Shown here one piece after another: positions 17,018 through 26,933 of a DNA stretch of 37,305 nucleotides. A model generated the notes under the pieces. That model did no database searches. It worked only from the letters and a program-made list of their open reading frames with translations, and was not told the DNA's origin. The position numbers were made by a program, and so were the translations under genes. Each line of letters starts with the position of its first letter. Position 1 is the stretch's first letter. The DNA is from a virus. The stretch is from IMG/VR virus record IMGVR_UViG_3300002061_000001. One strand, given 5' to 3'.

Positions 17018-17217
17018 CGAAATTAAAAACAAGTGTCGGCGTTGAAGCGACGGCCGCAAAGACAAAGCCTAACAGCGATAAAATTGCTTTGCGCGATTTT
17101 AAGTGTCAATACGACCGCGAAAGAGTTATCATTGCCAAGGGTGATGATCTGTCTGATCGCGATTTCCCTGATTGGCTATGGACAAATTTAACAACTGAGA
17201 ATGTTTTGAAAGGATAA
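17014..17217 (+). CDS. Hypothetical small structural-module protein.
   Basis: 67-aa ORF, ATGA-coupled to the upstream gene. Confidence 0.5.
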   Translation: MTKLKTSVGVEATAAKTKPNSDKIALRDFKCQYDRERVIIAKGDDLSDRDFPDWLWTNLTTENVLKG

Positions 17218-17221
17218 AAAC

Positions 17222-18112
17222 ATGGGACTCGAACAAAGAAAAACGATTTACGGCGTACACTCTGTCGCCTTATACGACCCTGCTACAGGCTTGCCTCTTG
17301 GTGGTATTGCTAAAGTGGTGGGTAGCTTGGCGCTTAACCTATCGGGCGACCTTGTGCAACTCACAGGCGGCTCGTTGCCTTTCCCTTGGAAAGTGCAAGA
17401 GGGTCAAATCTCAACTGAGATCACATTTTTGCTTAAAGAATACCCTGACTTTGTGTTTGAGGCGTTTCTTGGTAAAGCGATCACGAACAACGCGGCCGAG
17501 TCCGACGGCAATGTATCGACGGCGACAAACGTAAGCGGCACGCTTATCGATGCGACAACAGGTATCGCGTCGGTGACGGCGAAATCGGGCGAGACCGACG
17601 ACCTTAAGACGGGCAAGTATGTCCTCAAAGCGGTATCGGCGACGACTGTTGACTTGTATTCATTGAGCGATATTGATTTCTCAAATGGTGCAAATGTTGA
17701 TTTTGACGACGACACGCTTAAGGTGAACGCAACGCCGATCGCTATTTCTGGTTCAGGCGGCACGATTGACGTAGCTGACTTCGGTCTTACGATCACGGGT
17801 GGTTCTGGTACTGTTGCATTGACGACGGGCGATACAGCGAGCTTTGAGGTTCGCGCCGCTAACACGGGTTCTCAAGAGGTGATCGTCGGTGACGTGAACT
17901 TTAAATTGCCCGAGGTTGGTGTTATCGCATACGCTCAGAAAGACGGCGATAATACGATCTATGAGATCGATCTATTCCGCTGTAAGGGTGCGGGCTTGCC
18001 GATTACCTTTGCTGAAAAAGCGTTCTCTGAGTCTGAGATTCCTTTACAAGCGTTCTATGACAGCACGCAAAAAGGTCTCTTTAAGATGCGCCGCGTAAGC
18101 AACAAATCATAA
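17222..18112 (+). CDS. Major tail (tube) protein, siphovirus type.
   Basis: 296 aa, immediately upstream of the G/GT frameshift pair and the tape measure. No sheath gene is present. Confidence 0.7.
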   Translation: MGLEQRKTIYGVHSVALYDPATGLPLGGIAKVVGSLALNLSGDLVQLTGGSLPFPWKVQEGQISTEITFLLKEYPDFVFEAFLGKAITNNAAESDGNVSTATNVSGTLIDATTGIASVTAKSGETDDLKTGKYVLKAVSATTVDLYSLSDIDFSNGANVDFDDDTLKVNATPIAISGSGGTIDVADFGLTITGGSGTVALTTGDTASFEVRAANTGSQEVIVGDVNFKLPEVGVIAYAQKDGDNTIYEIDLFRCKGAGLPITFAEKAFSESEIPLQAFYDSTQKGLFKMRRVSNKS

Positions 18113-18132
18113 GAGAAAGGTAAAGGCTGAGA

Positions 18133-18666
18133 ATGATACCTCTTGAAAGTTTATCGCCTCAAAGTGCCGAGGCGGTCGTAAAATTAAAGACGGGGCGCGA
18201 GGTCAAGCTGACAATGCGCCCCTATACTTTGCATGATCACGCATGGTTTCAAAAACAGTTTGGAACGGACGAGGACAAGCAAGCTATCGCCGCAATGCGT
18301 CTCGAGCCGATTGCTCGTTTCTCGTGGCATATGCTAACCCCTGAGAGCCGCGCCGTGTTCGCAAATATCAAGTACGAGAAATATGACGACGACGGCAACC
18401 CTGTCAAAGAGATCGAGGGCTATGAGCGCCTATTGTTCGGCATCGAGAGCGAGGAGTCTTTTTGGGCTTTGCTCTCAGCGTTCGGTGAATGTCGCGGTAT
18501 GAATAGCTTTATCAGCGACGAGGGCGAGATTGGCGTAAAAAAAAAGGCGATTCGGTCGCCGAAGAGGATATTGATTGGCCTAGTCAGTTTGATTTTATGG
18601 CCTCTCAATATGGTTATACGCCTGATCAAATTTTTGCTCTCACCCCTCGCGTCTTTCAATACCTAA
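18133..18666 (+). CDS. Tail assembly chaperone, zero-frame product (G-like).
   Basis: 177-aa ORF between the major tail gene and the tape measure. Contains the slippery site at 18540-18546. Confidence 0.75.
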   Translation: MIPLESLSPQSAEAVVKLKTGREVKLTMRPYTLHDHAWFQKQFGTDEDKQAIAAMRLEPIARFSWHMLTPESRAVFANIKYEKYDDDGNPVKEIEGYERLLFGIESEESFWALLSAFGECRGMNSFISDEGEIGVKKKAIRSPKRILIGLVSLILWPLNMVIRLIKFLLSPLASFNT

Positions 18667-18869
18667 TTTCTCGCGCCGATATTCGTGTTCATAACGAATT
18701 GCAATCTCAGGTCGCTCTTGCGGGTGGTGAGCCCGACTTCATTGACCGCGCCGCTGACAACGCCATGCTTAAGATCAAGAAAAATAATGACGAGCTTGAG
18801 CGCGTAAGTCGTGATATGATTGACGACACCCTCGCTCAAAAGCAAAAGGAACTGTCGAAAAATGTCTAG
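18133..18869 (+). CDS. Tail assembly chaperone, -1 frameshift product (GT-like).
   Basis: After A_AAA_AAG the -1 frame reads GDSVAEEDIDWPSQFDFMASQYGY... with no stop until TAG 18867-18869, overlapping the tape-measure ATG at 18862. Confidence 0.7.
18540..18546 (+). promoter_or_regulatory. Programmed -1 ribosomal frameshift slippery heptamer A_AAA_AAG (inside the A9 run 18537-18545).
   Basis: Zero-frame codons are gta aaa aaa aag. The heptamer phase is X_XXY_YYZ relative to ORF 18133. Confidence 0.75.
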
Positions 18870-21102
18870 CCCTGAACTCATTGTAAAAATTGGCGCGAAT
18901 AGCGAGAAATACAGGCGCGAGCTCAAAAAGATCGAGGGTCAAAGTGATGCGTCGATTGCGCGTATGCAAAAGAGAGCTCAGGCGGCGGCCGCTGTCGTTG
19001 CTGTATCTGTTGCGGGCGGGCTTGCCGCGTTCAATGAATTTCGCAAATTTGAAAAAGATTTCTCAAACGTGGTAACATTGCTCGACGATACGAGCTTTAA
19101 AACAAAGACCCTCTCAAAGGGTATCGTTGATCTAAAAGACGGCGTAAAGGCTCTCGCTATCCAATCAGGCGCGAGCTTCGATGTGTTAAACCAAGGGCTG
19201 TTTGATCTAATCTCGGCGGGTGTAAGCGCTGAGAAAGCTATTTCGGCTCTTGGTGTAGCAACAAACCTCGCTCTCGCGGGCAATACAGACACGAGCGTCG
19301 CTGTTGACGGCATCACGAGCGCATTGAACGCCTATAATCTTAGCGCTGATCAGGCGCAATCTGTGGCCGAAAAATTCTTCACTGCTCAAAAGTTTGGTAA
19401 GACCACAATCGAAGAGCTCTCAGGCTCGTTCGGTAAAGTCGGCGCGACAGCGGCGGGGCTTGGCGTTGATCTTGATGAATTGCTCGCCTCGGTTTCGGCC
19501 GTTACGACGGCGGGGGTTGGCACAAGCGAAGCCTTTACAGGAATTAAGGCCGCTCTTGCGAATGTGATTAAACCGACCAAAGACGCTCAGATCGAGGCTA
19601 AGCGCCTTGGTATTGATTTCAGCACGACAGCATTGCGCTCTCAGGGATTGGCAGGGTTTCTCGATAGCATAACCAACGCGGCCGACTTTAACGCCGATTC
19701 GCTTGGTAAATTATTCGGCTCGGTCGAGGCTTTAAATGCTGTGACAGCTCTTGCGGGTAACCAATCCGATTCGTTTAGAGGCACGCTTGCGGCTCTCGGT
19801 AATGAGGCTCAGTCAGCGGCAACCTTTCAAGATGCTCTTGCGGTAAAGACCGACACGGCCGATCAAAAGATGCGCCGTATGCAATCAGCCGTCTCAGCGG
19901 CCGCCGTATCGCTCGGTGAGTTTGTCGCGCCCGCTGTCATTGTGTTCGCCGAGCAAACGGCCTTGAGGGTCACTCAGCTCGGTAAGGGTATGAAAGCCCT
20001 CGGCACAATTATCGGCGGCGTGGCGACAATCCTCGTCGAGAGCTTGGGCTCGGCTTTTGTGTTTATCCTGTCAGGTATCGCGAGCCTTGACTCAAAGCTA
20101 TCGTCGTTCTTTGCGAGCTTGAATGAAAAAGCCGCGAATATTCCCTTTATTGGTGACGAGCGTCGTGCGGGTTTTCAGGCCAACGCCGACCGACTGAACA
20201 CAAGATCAGAGGAAAGAGATTTTGACGCTGATAACTTGGCCGCACAAGCAACGCAATTTTTCACCGACCAAGATGTTGAGGCTCAGTTTGAAAGAGAGCA
20301 AGGGCTCGCCGATGGTAAAAATGAAATTTTAGCCGAATCACTTGAGGCTCAACGCGAGATAAGAGTTGAGGCCGAGGAAGCTGACCGCGAGGCGGGGCTC
20401 TCAGACCCTCTCGAAAATCAGACCGACGAAGAGTTTGAAGAGACAGCTCAGCGCCTTGAGGATAGATCGGGCGAGCTGTTAGAGGGTAAGCAAAAAGCCC
20501 TCACCGACGAAGAGAAAGCGCAACGAGACGCGGCAAATAAGATTATTAAGATCAATGAAGAGAAAGCGAAAAAGCTCAAAGAGCTCGACGACAAGCTCAC
20601 CAATACGATCAAAAGCAACCTCAACTCATTGTTTGACCAACAAACGGCCGTCGGTAAGGCTGTCTTTATTTTTGAGCAAGCACGGGCGATTGCGGACACA
20701 ATTATCACAACACAAGAGGCGGGTATGCTCGCCTATGCGTCTCAGCTCATACCAGGTGACCCGACCTCTATCGCACGCGCCGAAGCCGCTCGCGCCATCA
20801 CATACGCAAAAGGCGCTGTCGCTGTTGGCTTGATTGGTGCTCAAACTGTCGCGGGCGTAAGCGCTCAGCAAGGGGGGATTGTTGCGGGCGTTGGCTCAGG
20901 TGACCGCGTGCCCGCAATGCTTGAGGCGGGCGAGATCGTTGTGCCTCGTAAATTTAACCCGCTATCGCCTAACTTTGAAGAGACTTTCGGCGGCCTTGGC
21001 GGCGGTGGTTCTGTTAAGGTCGACTTGACGCTTGACGAAAACGCGAGCAAAATCTTAACAGCTCAACAGCGCGAAGATAAAAGACTAGGGGTTTCGAGAT
21101 GA
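18862..21102 (+). CDS. Tail tape measure protein (TP901-family core).
   Basis: TTIEELSGSFGKVGATAAGLGVDLDELLASVSAVTTAGVGTSEAFTGIKAAL core, hydrophobic segments, coiled-coil acidic region. ATG 18862 is preferred over the track start 18820. Confidence 0.9.
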   Translation: MSSPELIVKIGANSEKYRRELKKIEGQSDASIARMQKRAQAAAAVVAVSVAGGLAAFNEFRKFEKDFSNVVTLLDDTSFKTKTLSKGIVDLKDGVKALAIQSGASFDVLNQGLFDLISAGVSAEKAISALGVATNLALAGNTDTSVAVDGITSALNAYNLSADQAQSVAEKFFTAQKFGKTTIEELSGSFGKVGATAAGLGVDLDELLASVSAVTTAGVGTSEAFTGIKAALANVIKPTKDAQIEAKRLGIDFSTTALRSQGLAGFLDSITNAADFNADSLGKLFGSVEALNAVTALAGNQSDSFRGTLAALGNEAQSAATFQDALAVKTDTADQKMRRMQSAVSAAAVSLGEFVAPAVIVFAEQTALRVTQLGKGMKALGTIIGGVATILVESLGSAFVFILSGIASLDSKLSSFFASLNEKAANIPFIGDERRAGFQANADRLNTRSEERDFDADNLAAQATQFFTDQDVEAQFEREQGLADGKNEILAESLEAQREIRVEAEEADREAGLSDPLENQTDEEFEETAQRLEDRSGELLEGKQKALTDEEKAQRDAANKIIKINEEKAKKLKELDDKLTNTIKSNLNSLFDQQTAVGKAVFIFEQARAIADTIITTQEAGMLAYASQLIPGDPTSIARAEAARAITYAKGAVAVGLIGAQTVAGVSAQQGGIVAGVGSGDRVPAMLEAGEIVVPRKFNPLSPNFEETFGGLGGGGSVKVDLTLDENASKILTAQQREDKRLGVSR

Positions 21103-21950
21103 CTATGACGGGCGGTATCGCATTTTATGATAAGAATTTCTCGGCGTATGGCTTAGGGGCACGTATGACGGCCTCAAGCAATGACAGCAATGCAGACCTC
21201 GCGCTCGGCCGTGACGAATACTTTAAATGGGAGTCGTCGGGCTCAGACGATACAACGCAAGAGACATTGACCCTCACGTTGCCAAATGCGACCACTGTGA
21301 GCCGTTTGTTCATGATCGGGCATAACTTTAAGGATTTTGAGATCAGCGCGACAGGCGCGTCAATTACGGGGCTTAATAGCGGTTTTAACAATCATAATAA
21401 CGGCACGGCCGCCGAAGCGACATTAAGCGGCGGCGATATAGATCAAAATGGTTACGATACCGACGTGTCTTATTTTGAGTTTGACCCTATTGAGGTTACT
21501 GAGATCGTGATCACTTGCACGACAGCTCAAGTCGCCGATGCTCAAAAGTATCTCTCGCGCCTTATTGTGACGAACGAGCTCGGCACGTTGCGCGGCTATC
21601 CTGAGACAAAGGGCGTAAATATCGACCCGAATGAGAAAGAAGAGAAAACGATCGCGGGGTTCTCTCATATAGAGCGCGGCGTTGATACGGCCGACTTTTC
21701 TCTCAGCTTAAAATCTTACCCTTATCAAGACGATGTAGACTTGCTCGACGATCTCTTTGCGCGGTACGAGCCTTTTATGGTTTGGCTTTGCGGCGGGTTG
21801 CCTGATCAATTCGGTCTTAATCTTAGAGGTTGGCGATCGCGTGATCTGTATTTGATGAAAGTCGACGGCGGTATTCAAAACGGTTTCTCTAAAAACACAT
21901 ATTGCCTCGGCAAAGATGGCGCTTATCGTTTTCGTGAGGTGCTGTCTTGA
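21099..21950 (+). CDS. Distal tail protein candidate.
   Basis: 283 aa, ATGA-coupled to the tape measure. The N-terminal half (YFKWESSGSDDTTQETLTLTLPNATTVSRLFMIGHNF) looks like a galactose-binding/discoidin-type sandwich. Confidence 0.55.
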   Translation: MTMTGGIAFYDKNFSAYGLGARMTASSNDSNADLALGRDEYFKWESSGSDDTTQETLTLTLPNATTVSRLFMIGHNFKDFEISATGASITGLNSGFNNHNNGTAAEATLSGGDIDQNGYDTDVSYFEFDPIEVTEIVITCTTAQVADAQKYLSRLIVTNELGTLRGYPETKGVNIDPNEKEEKTIAGFSHIERGVDTADFSLSLKSYPYQDDVDLLDDLFARYEPFMVWLCGGLPDQFGLNLRGWRSRDLYLMKVDGGIQNGFSKNTYCLGKDGAYRFREVLS

Positions 21951-23221
21951 GCCTACCTTACCCGAATTATCAGATCTTTTTTACCCCGCTCGTGCGCCCT
22001 AATGTTTACGGCGACACGTTGAACGTGACCAAAGACATTGATATGACTGATTTTATCAGATCGGGCGGCTTACAAAGTATCAGTCAACAGGTCGACGACG
22101 GCGATTACGATATAGGCATATTCACGTTCGGCGACATAACGCTCAACGGTATCAATATCGGCCGCAAGTTTAATGACGGACGTGATGCACTCTCGGTCTT
22201 TCCGTACACGAGAGACCTATGCAAGGTCGAGGTGCGCCTCTATGACGACGAGGGCGGCTATACGGTGAGATTTAGAGGTCTGGTTGATGAACAGGCAACA
22301 CGTGAGGACATAGAAAACGATCGTATTCGTCTCAAGGTTCTCTCAATGGATTCGGTTCTTGGTCGCGTTGAGGTGACGGGCGGCGCTGTATCAACAAACG
22401 ACAGCTTTTCTCTTGCGATCAAAAAGGTTTTAAATGTCCCTGAGATCACAAATATTCTCAATTACGACGAGAGCAATATCGACGTTGATTTTGACGCGGC
22501 CGTTGACAATGGTGATTTCTTTACAGCGATAACCGTTAAGGCGGCGCTTGATGATCTCTTGCTTGCGTCGAACTCAATTTTAATAATCGATAAAAATGAT
22601 AACATTATTGTAAAATCAAGGGTCGAAGATCGTCGGGTTTTTGTCTTGCATGGTCGCGGCGATTATTACGGCCGTGAAAATATTATCTCGATCACCGAAT
22701 CAAACGACGGCCGACAGCGAGCTTTTTCGGCTATATCGGTGAATGATATTGAGGTCGCAAATGACGATTGGATTGATGAATATGGGTATCGTCAAAAGTC
22801 TATCTCTCTCGATTTTATCGATAACAACGATACGATCAAAGCGGTTGCGGGCAACATTTTGGATAACTTTAAAGTGCCAAAGCCTGAGCTCAAAGTTAAG
22901 GCTCTCGCAAAAGACCTCAAGGATATTGAGCTTTTAGATACGGTCAAACTATACTATGATTATCGTGTTGCGCCGTATGTTGGCGACACTTTGCCTCTTG
23001 CGGGTCAGGTGCTTGCGGGTCAGTTTACGGCGGCGCGTTCTTTTGGGTCTCGCCGAATTTTGCCCTCGCAAAAGTGGAAAGTTATCGAGATCGAAGAGAG
23101 AGCCTCTCAATCTGAGATCACTCTCAAGCTCAGGCTTAGCGGCAACACGACGGCCGACGGTTATTTTATCGGCTTTGATGACGGCTATTTTTTTAACGAC
23201 GAGACAGGGTTTTCAGCATGA
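21947..23221 (+). CDS. Tail tip/hub protein candidate.
   Basis: 424 aa. TTG start overlapping the upstream TGA (TTGA), with gtgaggtg upstream. Assigned by position after the distal tail protein. Confidence 0.55.
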   Translation: MSLPYPNYQIFFTPLVRPNVYGDTLNVTKDIDMTDFIRSGGLQSISQQVDDGDYDIGIFTFGDITLNGINIGRKFNDGRDALSVFPYTRDLCKVEVRLYDDEGGYTVRFRGLVDEQATREDIENDRIRLKVLSMDSVLGRVEVTGGAVSTNDSFSLAIKKVLNVPEITNILNYDESNIDVDFDAAVDNGDFFTAITVKAALDDLLLASNSILIIDKNDNIIVKSRVEDRRVFVLHGRGDYYGRENIISITESNDGRQRAFSAISVNDIEVANDDWIDEYGYRQKSISLDFIDNNDTIKAVAGNILDNFKVPKPELKVKALAKDLKDIELLDTVKLYYDYRVAPYVGDTLPLAGQVLAGQFTAARSFGSRRILPSQKWKVIEIEERASQSEITLKLRLSGNTTADGYFIGFDDGYFFNDETGFSA

Positions 23222-23949
23222 CGACAGATCAACAAATTGAGAGCGCCTTTGTTGCCAATCAAGAGGTGAGCAAGGCTGACATTATAGCGCTATTTAAGTC
23301 TATCAGAGACGACGCTGAGAGCGGTTTGTCTTTAGACGGTAACGGCGACCTTGCTTTGACGGGCGACATTGAGCTCGAAAACGCCTCGCCCGAGATCAGG
23401 CTTATAGATTCCGATAATGGTTTTCAGAGCCGTATATACAATACAAACGGTAACCAGTATTACGAAACGTCGTCGGTCAACAGGCATCATGTTTTTGTGA
23501 ACGGGCATCTAAGGGCTCTCGGCCTTTCGTTTAATGACGGCACTGATATTTTAGAGGATTATGAAACGGCCGCATGGTCGCCCGCCTTTACGTCGGTCGG
23601 CGGCGCGGTTTATAGCGTAAGAGATGGGCTTGCGACACGTATCGACGATTTCGTATTTGTGAGCTTTGAGGTGACTTGGTCGGCGATCACGCTTGCGGGC
23701 GACTCCTCTGGTATTGGCCTCGGCACGTTGCCGTTCTCTATAGCAACCGACGGCGCTGTTATGGGGCAAATAGACCCTCTTGATAGTACGGGCTTTGATT
23801 TTGATGCGAACGATACGATCGTTGTTGGCTCTTTGGGCTCTTCATTAAACTTTTTTGATATGTCTGGTTTCATTTTGCGCTATAGTACGGGGCAAATGAA
23901 CACCTCGGGCACTCTCTCAGGCTTCTTTATTTACAGAACGGACGATTAA
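23218..23949 (+). CDS. Tail fibre/receptor-binding-type protein.
   Basis: YETAAWSPAFTSVGGAVYSVRDGLATRIDDFVFVSFEV resembles the recurrent phage-fibre motif yeeGtWtP...G...y..q.G.Y.kiG..V.v. Confidence 0.55.
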   Translation: MTTDQQIESAFVANQEVSKADIIALFKSIRDDAESGLSLDGNGDLALTGDIELENASPEIRLIDSDNGFQSRIYNTNGNQYYETSSVNRHHVFVNGHLRALGLSFNDGTDILEDYETAAWSPAFTSVGGAVYSVRDGLATRIDDFVFVSFEVTWSAITLAGDSSGIGLGTLPFSIATDGAVMGQIDPLDSTGFDFDANDTIVVGSLGSSLNFFDMSGFILRYSTGQMNTSGTLSGFFIYRTDD

Positions 23950-23950
23950 A

Positions 23951-24292
23951 ATGAACAAATCAATCACTATAAATTTATCAAATCTTCATGTTCGTATTCG
24001 TGACAAAAACGAAAAAGAGCAAAAAAGAATTACGACGATTATCGCGGGCGACGAGAAAGCTCTCGTTGAGGCTTTGGGCGATAAACAGGCGGCGGGCATT
24101 ATCTCGGGGTTTTGGGATAAGGACAAGATCGCGGCGATCAACGCTGAGATCGAGACCAAGGAAAAAGAGCTCATTGAGCGATCTGAGAAGAAAATGAAGC
24201 GCCGCAAAAAACAAGAAAAGAAAGCCTATCAAGCTATGGTCTCAGATATTGCGGCCGAGGTTATAAAGAAGCTCGAAAACAAAAAGGGGTAA
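23951..24292 (+). CDS. Lys/Glu-rich hypothetical protein in the fibre module.
   Basis: 113-aa ORF starting 2 nt after the upstream stop. Confidence 0.55.
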   Translation: MNKSITINLSNLHVRIRDKNEKEQKRITTIIAGDEKALVEALGDKQAAGIISGFWDKDKIAAINAEIETKEKELIERSEKKMKRRKKQEKKAYQAMVSDIAAEVIKKLENKKG

Positions 24293-24295
24293 GGC

Positions 24296-26062
24296 ATGGC
24301 CGATAACACTTTAACCACCAAGACCGACCCTCACGTTGTTGTTGTTGATGATTTTAATGATATTCATACAGCGCTCAAGGGCGACTTTGTCGGCCGCTCA
24401 GCCTCAACGGGTGCGGCCAGTGATCAAGAGCGTCTCGGCACGCCTGTCGTGCCTTGGCTTGAGGCTCACGTCGGTAGCCTATTTTTGAACGGCTCTATTT
24501 TTGACCCTGACAATCTAGGGGTCGGCACGAACACAAAAAACTCAGTAAGCGACGGACGCACAAGAGCGGGCTCGATATTCCCTGACTTTATCCGAGCCGA
24601 CGGCACGGCCGCAAGCGCTACTATTTTGGCGGGTGACACTGACCTGAAATACACGGCGAACAATGTCGGGGTTATTCTTACGGCCGACGTGAGTTTAACC
24701 TCTTTGACGGTTGCGCCATCTAGCGAGAACACGGCGACAATCAACGACAGCGACCTCTCGGGCGATCTGAGCTCTAAGTATGCGGGCGAGGGTCAAAGCG
24801 GCTCTATCGAGATTGATAGCGCGGGCGACGAGATCACTAATCGGGTCGGTCAATATGCTTGTTTTAAGCATGGCACGAGCGAGCTGTTTTTTGCTTTTGT
24901 GCAACAGGCCGACGGTAGCGCCAACACCGCAACTCTGACCAATGTTTTTAGAGGGTTTTTCTTTGATGATTCGGGCGAGCCTATTGTGCGCGAGGTTATG
25001 AGTGACGACGACACGATCACGCTCATGTCCCTTGGTTGGGTATTTGCTCAGAACAACGGCACGGTTTTCGACGTGTCTTACCGCTCACCAATATACAGCG
25101 GCAAAGAGCCCGCGAGTGCTGTTGTTGATGATTACTGGTTTGATCTTAATGCGCAAAATTGGTTTCGCTATGACGGCACAAGTTTCGTCGAGATCGAGAG
25201 AACATTGCTCGGAGTCGTCGTTATTGATGGGACAAATTGCATAGCGTCAAGATCGTTTGATTTTGCAAAGAGCTATGATGAAACTATTGATATTGAAATG
25301 AATACCACGCCAAAGAGCGACACAGCCGTCGAGACGGCCGATGCGTTCAATAAGGTTAGCGTGTATGCTCAAACGCTCGAACTCTTCTCAGGGCGCTTAT
25401 TCTGGGATATTGAGACCGATCTCGAAAGTGGTCTCACCGAGGCGAACGATACGCTGTATTATTTGTATGTCACCGAAGAGGGCAAGCCCGTCATATCAGA
25501 CGAGCGCCCTTATGACAGGACGGCCGAGCTTAAGGGGTACTATCACCCGTATCACTCATGGCGCTTTGTCGGTGTTGCGTTCAATGATGATAGCGGCAAC
25601 TTCTCAACGGCCAACTCTAAAAACAACAATCAGAAACGAATTAAAGAGTTTACCGACAGCGAGAGCTTTTTGCCTTTGCCGAACGTGACGAGCTTTACGG
25701 TCAGGCTTTGGGGCGGTGGTGGTGGTGGTAATCAAGGCTCTATTGCGGGCTCGGCGGGCGGCACAACAAGTTTCGGGACGTATTGCTCAGCAACAGGCGG
25801 CGCGGGAGCAACGCAAAGCGCAGACGGCGCAGACGGAACGGGGGTCGGCTGTAAAGCGAATTACAGCGGCAATCAAAACTTGCTCGGGTATTCTAACGGC
25901 GGCACGGACGGCATTAACAACACGGGCGGCAATGGCGGTTATGGGTTTCATATCGTTGAAGAGATAAAAAGCACTGTTATACAAGTCTCAGTCGGCGCGG
26001 CGGGCACGGGATTTTATGCAACTCAAATCGGTGAAAAAGGCTTTTGCCTAGTGGAGTATTAA
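24296..26062 (+). CDS. Tail fibre protein with a C-terminal glycine-rich domain.
   Basis: 588 aa. C-terminal FTVRLWGGGGGGNQGSIAGSAGGTTSFG...ATGGAGA...NGGTDGINNTGGNGGYG. Confidence 0.65.
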   Translation: MADNTLTTKTDPHVVVVDDFNDIHTALKGDFVGRSASTGAASDQERLGTPVVPWLEAHVGSLFLNGSIFDPDNLGVGTNTKNSVSDGRTRAGSIFPDFIRADGTAASATILAGDTDLKYTANNVGVILTADVSLTSLTVAPSSENTATINDSDLSGDLSSKYAGEGQSGSIEIDSAGDEITNRVGQYACFKHGTSELFFAFVQQADGSANTATLTNVFRGFFFDDSGEPIVREVMSDDDTITLMSLGWVFAQNNGTVFDVSYRSPIYSGKEPASAVVDDYWFDLNAQNWFRYDGTSFVEIERTLLGVVVIDGTNCIASRSFDFAKSYDETIDIEMNTTPKSDTAVETADAFNKVSVYAQTLELFSGRLFWDIETDLESGLTEANDTLYYLYVTEEGKPVISDERPYDRTAELKGYYHPYHSWRFVGVAFNDDSGNFSTANSKNNNQKRIKEFTDSESFLPLPNVTSFTVRLWGGGGGGNQGSIAGSAGGTTSFGTYCSATGGAGATQSADGADGTGVGCKANYSGNQNLLGYSNGGTDGINNTGGNGGYGFHIVEEIKSTVIQVSVGAAGTGFYATQIGEKGFCLVEY

Positions 26063-26064
26063 AA

Positions 26065-26592
26065 ATGAAATTTGCAAGAATAGATAGCGGCGTTGTTGCT
26101 GAGATTTTTGAGGGCGAATCATTGCCTCAATTTCACCCTTCTCTCGTTTGGGTTTCGGGTGTGCCTGATACGGTCTCGGTTGGTTGGGGTTACGATGGTA
26201 ACTCATTCTCGAGCCCCGACAGCTTGTTCACCGTTCAAGAGATGCGAGATGCACGCTCGGCCGAAGTGTCAGCGCTCAGAGATCAAAAATATACAGAGGG
26301 TTTTGATTACAACGGCAAGAATTTTCAAGTTGACCTTGAGGCTCAAAAAGATATGACGGCCGTGCAAGTGCAGTTTTTATCAGGTGTTTCTAATCCACAC
26401 GGCGGCGCTTGGCGTACGAGCGACAATGAGGCTATCACTATGAGTGATAATGATGTAAAGTTGTTTATGCAAGCGGCATTTACATATGTGGCGGGCATTA
26501 AGGGTGCGTCATGGCTTCACAAGGAAAACATTGCGGCGCTTAATGCGAAATCTGATATAGAACAATATGACATAAGTAAAGGGTGGCCGTAA
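26065..26592 (+). CDS. DUF4376-like protein (tail-fibre assembly/chaperone-type).
   Basis: ATG 26065 lies 8 nt after ggag (the track start is TTG 26044). DQKYTEGFDYNGKNFQVDLEAQKDMTAVQ fits the DUF4376 pattern usually found next to fibres. Confidence 0.55.
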   Translation: MKFARIDSGVVAEIFEGESLPQFHPSLVWVSGVPDTVSVGWGYDGNSFSSPDSLFTVQEMRDARSAEVSALRDQKYTEGFDYNGKNFQVDLEAQKDMTAVQVQFLSGVSNPHGGAWRTSDNEAITMSDNDVKLFMQAAFTYVAGIKGASWLHKENIAALNAKSDIEQYDISKGWP

Positions 26593-26933
26593 TGGACAAA
26601 GATGCAGGGTTGATATTAAGCGGGGTTGCCTCGTTTTTGTTTTTTGTTTTAGCGACAGCGTTTAAAAAAATATTTGATAAATCGGACGATGCGCTCAAGG
26701 TTGCTATAGAGGCGAAGAGCGGAGTTGCGAGCTTAAAAGAAGAGCACGAAAAAAGAGACAATGAGATTAACAGGCGATTAAAAGGAATTGACGAAAACCT
26801 CAAAAAGGTCGATAGCGTTGAGATCAGCATGGCTCGCCTTGAAGCGAACTCTCAGAATATGTCGCGAGTGATGGAAAAAATGGAGGCTCACCTTTTAAGG
26901 ATAGAGCAAAATCAAAATGCTTATAGTGATTGA
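26592..26933 (+). CDS. N-terminally membrane-anchored coiled-coil protein (DUF2730-like). Lysis-associated: holin, antiholin or spanin-like.
   Basis: TM segment GLILSGVASFLFFVLATAF followed by a charged coiled coil. ATG 26592 overlaps TAA (TAATG). The track start is GTG 26583. Confidence 0.5.
   Translation: MDKDAGLILSGVASFLFFVLATAFKKIFDKSDDALKVAIEAKSGVASLKEEHEKRDNEINRRLKGIDENLKKVDSVEISMARLEANSQNMSRVMEKMEAHLLRIEQNQNAYSD

Noticed and set aside
21099-26062. Tail and fibre region checked for a diversity-generating retroelement or other hypervariation system.
   Set aside because: I recognised no reverse transcriptase ORF anywhere in the genome and noticed no template/variable repeat pair.
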